Origin: Thermoplasmata archaeon
GTDB lineage: Archaea; Thermoplasmatota; Thermoplasmata; Halarchaeoplasmatales; Halarchaeoplasmataceae
Reading direction: 5' to 3'
DNA length: 64,000 nucleotides
Assembly: GCA_003552585.1 (NCBI GenBank)
Contig: PUNK01000057.1
Coordinates: forward strand, 720-64,719
Under the pieces are notes generated by a model that was not told the DNA's origin, searched no databases, and saw only the letters and a program-made list of their open reading frames with translations. Positions 60,483-64,000 of the stretch are shown here, one piece after another. Every line of letters begins with the position of its first letter. The stretch's first letter is position 1. Position numbers and translations under genes: made by a program.

Positions 60483-62614
60483 TCACTCCCCTCCTTGCTC
60501 GTGGTGAATCTTCTTTCTGGTTTGAAAGGTTTGAATTCCGTACCACCGCCTTCATAGAAGTAACCGAAGAACTCTACGTACTGCAGCCTGAGAGAATGTA
60601 CGAAGGAACCCAAGGCCTGAAGTGAAGCATTGATGATATGTCCTCCAACCAGAACTACAAGGGAAAGTATATAGAAGGGATATACGGGATCGATAAATCC
60701 CAGTCCGCCGATCACCATAATAGAAATTCCAGCACCCATTATTTTTTTATCTTTTGAGAGTGTGGAACGTATGAGTAGAACGGAACCAATAGCTACCACT
60801 ACCAAAGCCATCATCGTTCCCATCGACCCGTCTGCTACAAGATATGCAAGCACGTTGACCGTTAAAGCGATCCCTGCCGTGGCAAGGCCGAGGGCAAGAA
60901 TCCTGGCAAAGGAGAGAAAATCACCCAAAAAACCCGTTAATGCGAAGAATGAAAGTCCTTTAGCCCTGACCACCAGAAGGCCAAGACCAACAACGCTCAT
61001 TATAGCAGCAATGGTGTAAACTGTTCCTGTGAAATCGTACCAGCCAAAGAGCATACCCGATAGGAGTATGAAGCCACCCGGCTGCAGAAGCCACCATGAA
61101 ACGTTCTCGAGTAAGACATGCCTGTAATTCTTCCGTCTTATATGTTGTATCAGGGATAGGACGAGACCTATGTTTATGTATGCCAGCCCTATCAGTAGAG
61201 ATATTATCAAGAGAATCAGCGGTCCATCACCCTCTAGGGTATCAAGAAGAAGTGGTGGATCAAGACCGAAGCGGCCCAAGAGATTAAGATATTCTTCTCT
61301 ATTTGGGCCGAGATATCCTCCCTGGAGAATCCCGAAGATGAAAGTTGATAATCCTGCCGCCAACAGTATCAAAGAAAAGTCCCTTGTACCCTTCTCTATC
61401 TTACCTATGCCGTAATATAAAACTAGAGAAACCGCTATTATCAAACCACCATAAACCGCATCGCCCAACATCAGACCAAAAAAGATAACGAAGGCAGGTG
61501 CAATTATAAGAGTTGGATCGACCTCGTCATATCTTGGAGGTGCGAACATCCTCGTGAGCAGTTCGAAGGGTTTCAAAAGCTTAGGATTATCTAAAGATAC
61601 AGGCACATAATCAGGGTCTCGAGGTTCCTCAGAAACCAATAAACCGTATCCTCTGGACTGCTTTTTTACCTCTCTCTCTACCTGTGGCACCAGGTCTTCA
61701 GGAGCCCACCCTTTGATGATCGCGGTCGTATCGGTCCGTCCGAACTGCTGGTAGGCTTCCATTTTGTTACGGAATATCTCAAGCTCTTCTTCAAGCACAA
61801 AAAAATCGAGTTGATGCTCTTTTTTTTGTTCCACCAATGAGGTGAAGAGATCCTCTTCCTCCTTCTTCATCTCCCTTATTCGCTTATCTAATTTGTCTAG
61901 TACGTCGGAAGGGATACCTTTTAATTGACCGAAGTCAAAGATTTTTACATTTGTCTCCCTCAGCACCATATCCAATCTTTTACGATCTCTTATATAAGCT
62001 CCAGCGATGGCGATGTATTCCTTTTCTTTTCTCCTTTGAAGAATAAGGTGGGAAGTATCTATTTCTGATAGTTTTCTCTTTAGTAGAGTAGTATTTTGTG
62101 TCTTTCCTACACGATATACCGTGTATGGTGAATCACCGATATAGCTGAGATCGATATCTATATCGATCATCTGTTGAACACTTCTGCGGATAGATTCAAA
62201 CTCTTCGATCTTTTCTCTCTTTTTGTTGAGTTCTCTGCTCAGTTTAAGAATATTTTTTCCCACGGAATCCATGAGATCATCTATCTCTTCTTTTAGTGCT
62301 GAAAAATCTTTCATTTCTCTTTTTACAGGTTCGATCTCCTTTGGAAATATGAGATCTTTGATGCCTTCTTCCTTGACTTCTATACTGCTAAAAACGTCTT
62401 GTACGGAGGTAAGTTTCATCTCATACTCGGTACAATCGGATAGATTTTTGTGTATAGAACCATCGTCTATTAAACTGCTCAAATCAGTATCCCTTTCTAC
62501 GTTAGATATCTCTATTTCACCCATGGAATGAAGACCTTCTACAACTTCGTCCAAGTAAGAATCGTGTACGATTATAGTGACGTCCTTCATCCTCTTGGGG
62601 AAGAGTATGTTCAT
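60479..62614 (-). CDS. atpI: A-type ATP synthase subunit I (a-subunit)
   Basis: 711 aa, N-terminal coiled cytoplasmic domain, C-terminal polytopic domain with ARILALGLA (conserved Arg). Confidence 0.85.
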   Translation of the reverse strand: MNILFPKRMKDVTIIVHDSYLDEVVEGLHSMGEIEISNVERDTDLSSLIDDGSIHKNLSDCTEYEMKLTSVQDVFSSIEVKEEGIKDLIFPKEIEPVKREMKDFSALKEEIDDLMDSVGKNILKLSRELNKKREKIEEFESIRRSVQQMIDIDIDLSYIGDSPYTVYRVGKTQNTTLLKRKLSEIDTSHLILQRRKEKEYIAIAGAYIRDRKRLDMVLRETNVKIFDFGQLKGIPSDVLDKLDKRIREMKKEEEDLFTSLVEQKKEHQLDFFVLEEELEIFRNKMEAYQQFGRTDTTAIIKGWAPEDLVPQVEREVKKQSRGYGLLVSEEPRDPDYVPVSLDNPKLLKPFELLTRMFAPPRYDEVDPTLIIAPAFVIFFGLMLGDAVYGGLIIAVSLVLYYGIGKIEKGTRDFSLILLAAGLSTFIFGILQGGYLGPNREEYLNLLGRFGLDPPLLLDTLEGDGPLILLIISLLIGLAYINIGLVLSLIQHIRRKNYRHVLLENVSWWLLQPGGFILLSGMLFGWYDFTGTVYTIAAIMSVVGLGLLVVRAKGLSFFALTGFLGDFLSFARILALGLATAGIALTVNVLAYLVADGSMGTMMALVVVAIGSVLLIRSTLSKDKKIMGAGISIMVIGGLGFIDPVYPFYILSLVVLVGGHIINASLQALGSFVHSLRLQYVEFFGYFYEGGGTEFKPFKPERRFTTSKEGSE

Positions 62615-62925
62615 ACCTCCTGAAGACGTGAGATCACGTGTTCGACAGCCTCATCCTTATGTTCATCAGTGAGCTCTTTAAGTCTTTTAGCTCTTTCTTC
62701 TCCCTCCTTACGGATCTCTTCAGCTTGCTCCTCCGCCCTTTTTTTTACTTCTTTTCTTTCCTGCTCAAGATTTTTTTTAAATGAAAATATCTCGTCTTCT
62801 TTATCCTGCTCAGCCTCTTTTTTCGTACGTTTTATCAGATCCTCACCCTTTCTTCCAGCCCTCTCGATCATCTTGAGAGCTTTCTTTTCCGTCTCTTTGA
62901 CGATTTCTATTTCTTCGATAGGCAT
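62611..62925 (-). CDS. atpH: A-type ATP synthase subunit H (ORF track extends to a TTG at 62961)
   Basis: ~104 aa, highly charged helical, first gene of the operon. Confidence 0.6.
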   Translation of the reverse strand: MPIEEIEIVKETEKKALKMIERAGRKGEDLIKRTKKEAEQDKEDEIFSFKKNLEQERKEVKKRAEEQAEEIRKEGEERAKRLKELTDEHKDEAVEHVISRLQEV

Positions 62926-63326
62926 GATGGAGCACCCCGTGGCAGGTTTGATACGTTTCAAGTTGTGATTAGTAGTTTAGATATAAGGATTTTGGTAATC
63001 GAACTAATAAATCGAAACAGGATTTTTATTGCACCCGCCGACCGTAGTGTGGAACTAGCTCCACTTTATTCTCGGGCAAAGCCCTGCGGATAGGGAGGCA
63101 ATATACCCACAGCCTTGGCCGTGGGTGCGGGAGCGAAATTGACTTCCCATCAAAAAAGTGTTGTAAATATTACCATATTCTGCCTATAGAAGGCTGACTC
63201 GAACGACATCAGCAGGAAGATAACACCAGTATCGCAAAAGGGCATGGGATATTAGTCGAGGGAGAAACCTTTTTTACACTCCTAGTTCATGGGATAAACG
63301 GAGGAGAATAATTGCCTAAATCGAAT

Positions 63327-64000
63327 GTGCGGCGGGCACGAAAGGATAAGGAGGAAAGTAGGTCGAAGTCTGTTTCCATCGTCATCGCCTCTCTGATGAT
63401 TGTAGCGATAATGCTGGGCGGTGCGATGTTGTCCGATGCTAACTACAGTTCCACCGCATCTGATTACAGGACGAGGAGTGCCGAAGGGTGGAGCGAGGAT
63501 GTGAGGATATCGTACAATTTCACCGCTGACGAATCTCCCTCAATTGCCGTTGATGGTGAAGTTGTACATATAGTCTGGAGGAGTACATGGTCTGGAGGCC
63601 AAATATTTTACACCAGATCAACTAATGCGGGAGAAACCTGGGACGAACCGGTGATGATAGGACCTTTGGAGTATTATTGTAGGAATCCAGATATCGCTGT
63701 TAGCGGTAATAATGTACACGTGGTATGGAACAACAATAATGCCTCTGCCCAAGAGATCAGGTATCTGAGGTCTGTTGACGGTGGTAACACATGGCTCCCC
63801 GAGCGGATGATCTCCAGCGACGACGGGAATAACTCGCAGGCCCCGAAGATCGCTGTGAGCGAGGACGGGATGGACGTTCATGTTGTCTGGGTGGATGAGA
63901 GGCATGCGGACGATCCATTCCAACCCACCCTCGAACTATATTACAACCGCAGTCTTGACGGAGGCGTGACATGGGAGGGGGAAGTACGGCTTACAGAGGC
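63327..64000 (+). CDS. BNR/Asp-box repeat protein (sialidase-like beta-propeller), N-terminal signal anchor, 3'-truncated by window end; GTG start 63327 or ATG ~63396
   Basis: my translation shows a positively charged N-terminus then hydrophobic segment, and repeated Asp-boxes (NAGETW, DGGNTW, DGGVTW); GC content well above the window average. Confidence 0.55.
   Translation, partial: MRRARKDKEESRSKSVSIVIASLMIVAIMLGGAMLSDANYSSTASDYRTRSAEGWSEDVRISYNFTADESPSIAVDGEVVHIVWRSTWSGGQIFYTRSTNAGETWDEPVMIGPLEYYCRNPDIAVSGNNVHVVWNNNNASAQEIRYLRSVDGGNTWLPERMISSDDGNNSQAPKIAVSEDGMDVHVVWVDERHADDPFQPTLELYYNRSLDGGVTWEGEVRLTE

Noticed and set aside
63190-63215. GTTCGAGTC T-loop-like motif on the minus strand
   Set aside because: Flanking 5-nt segments do not pair into a T-stem and no acceptor/D-arm can be built.

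Overview
AT-rich (~38% GC) archaeal chromosomal segment with a dense housekeeping gene set: Orc1/Cdc6 next to a putative origin, TBP, FtsZ, Cdc48, AspRS, KsgA, Trm1, TiaS, Tsr3, S15, a RecJ/GAN-like DHH nuclease, Hjc, PyrBI, CoaBC plus pantoate kinase, NadE, Fhs plus ThyX, and archaetidylserine synthase plus decarboxylase. Many genes carry GGAGG Shine-Dalgarno sites, which suggests a euryarchaeal-type lineage. The 3' third of the window holds an A1Ao/V-type ATP synthase operon on the minus strand, in the order atpH-I-K-E-C-F-A-B. Its proteolipid gene atpK is exceptional. It is one 1120-aa ORF with a signal peptide, a PKD-like extracellular domain and 12 fused c-subunit hairpins, built as a duplicated 6-hairpin unit in which hairpins 1 and 7 have Gln in place of the ion-binding Glu. 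atpA carries a 195-aa mini-intein in the P-loop, and atpD is missing from the operon. Other features not in the ORF track: two tandem 55-aa ferredoxin genes, a Trm112-like 58-aa ORF, a canonical C/D-box sRNA, ORB-like repeats upstream of orc1/cdc6, and a GC-rich (likely horizontally acquired) BNR-repeat protein gene at the window end. No CRISPR array, rRNA or convincing tRNA was found. My manual base indexing disagreed with the ORF track by 1 nt in one place (near 56520-56580), so hand-derived coordinates may be off by 1-2 nt.
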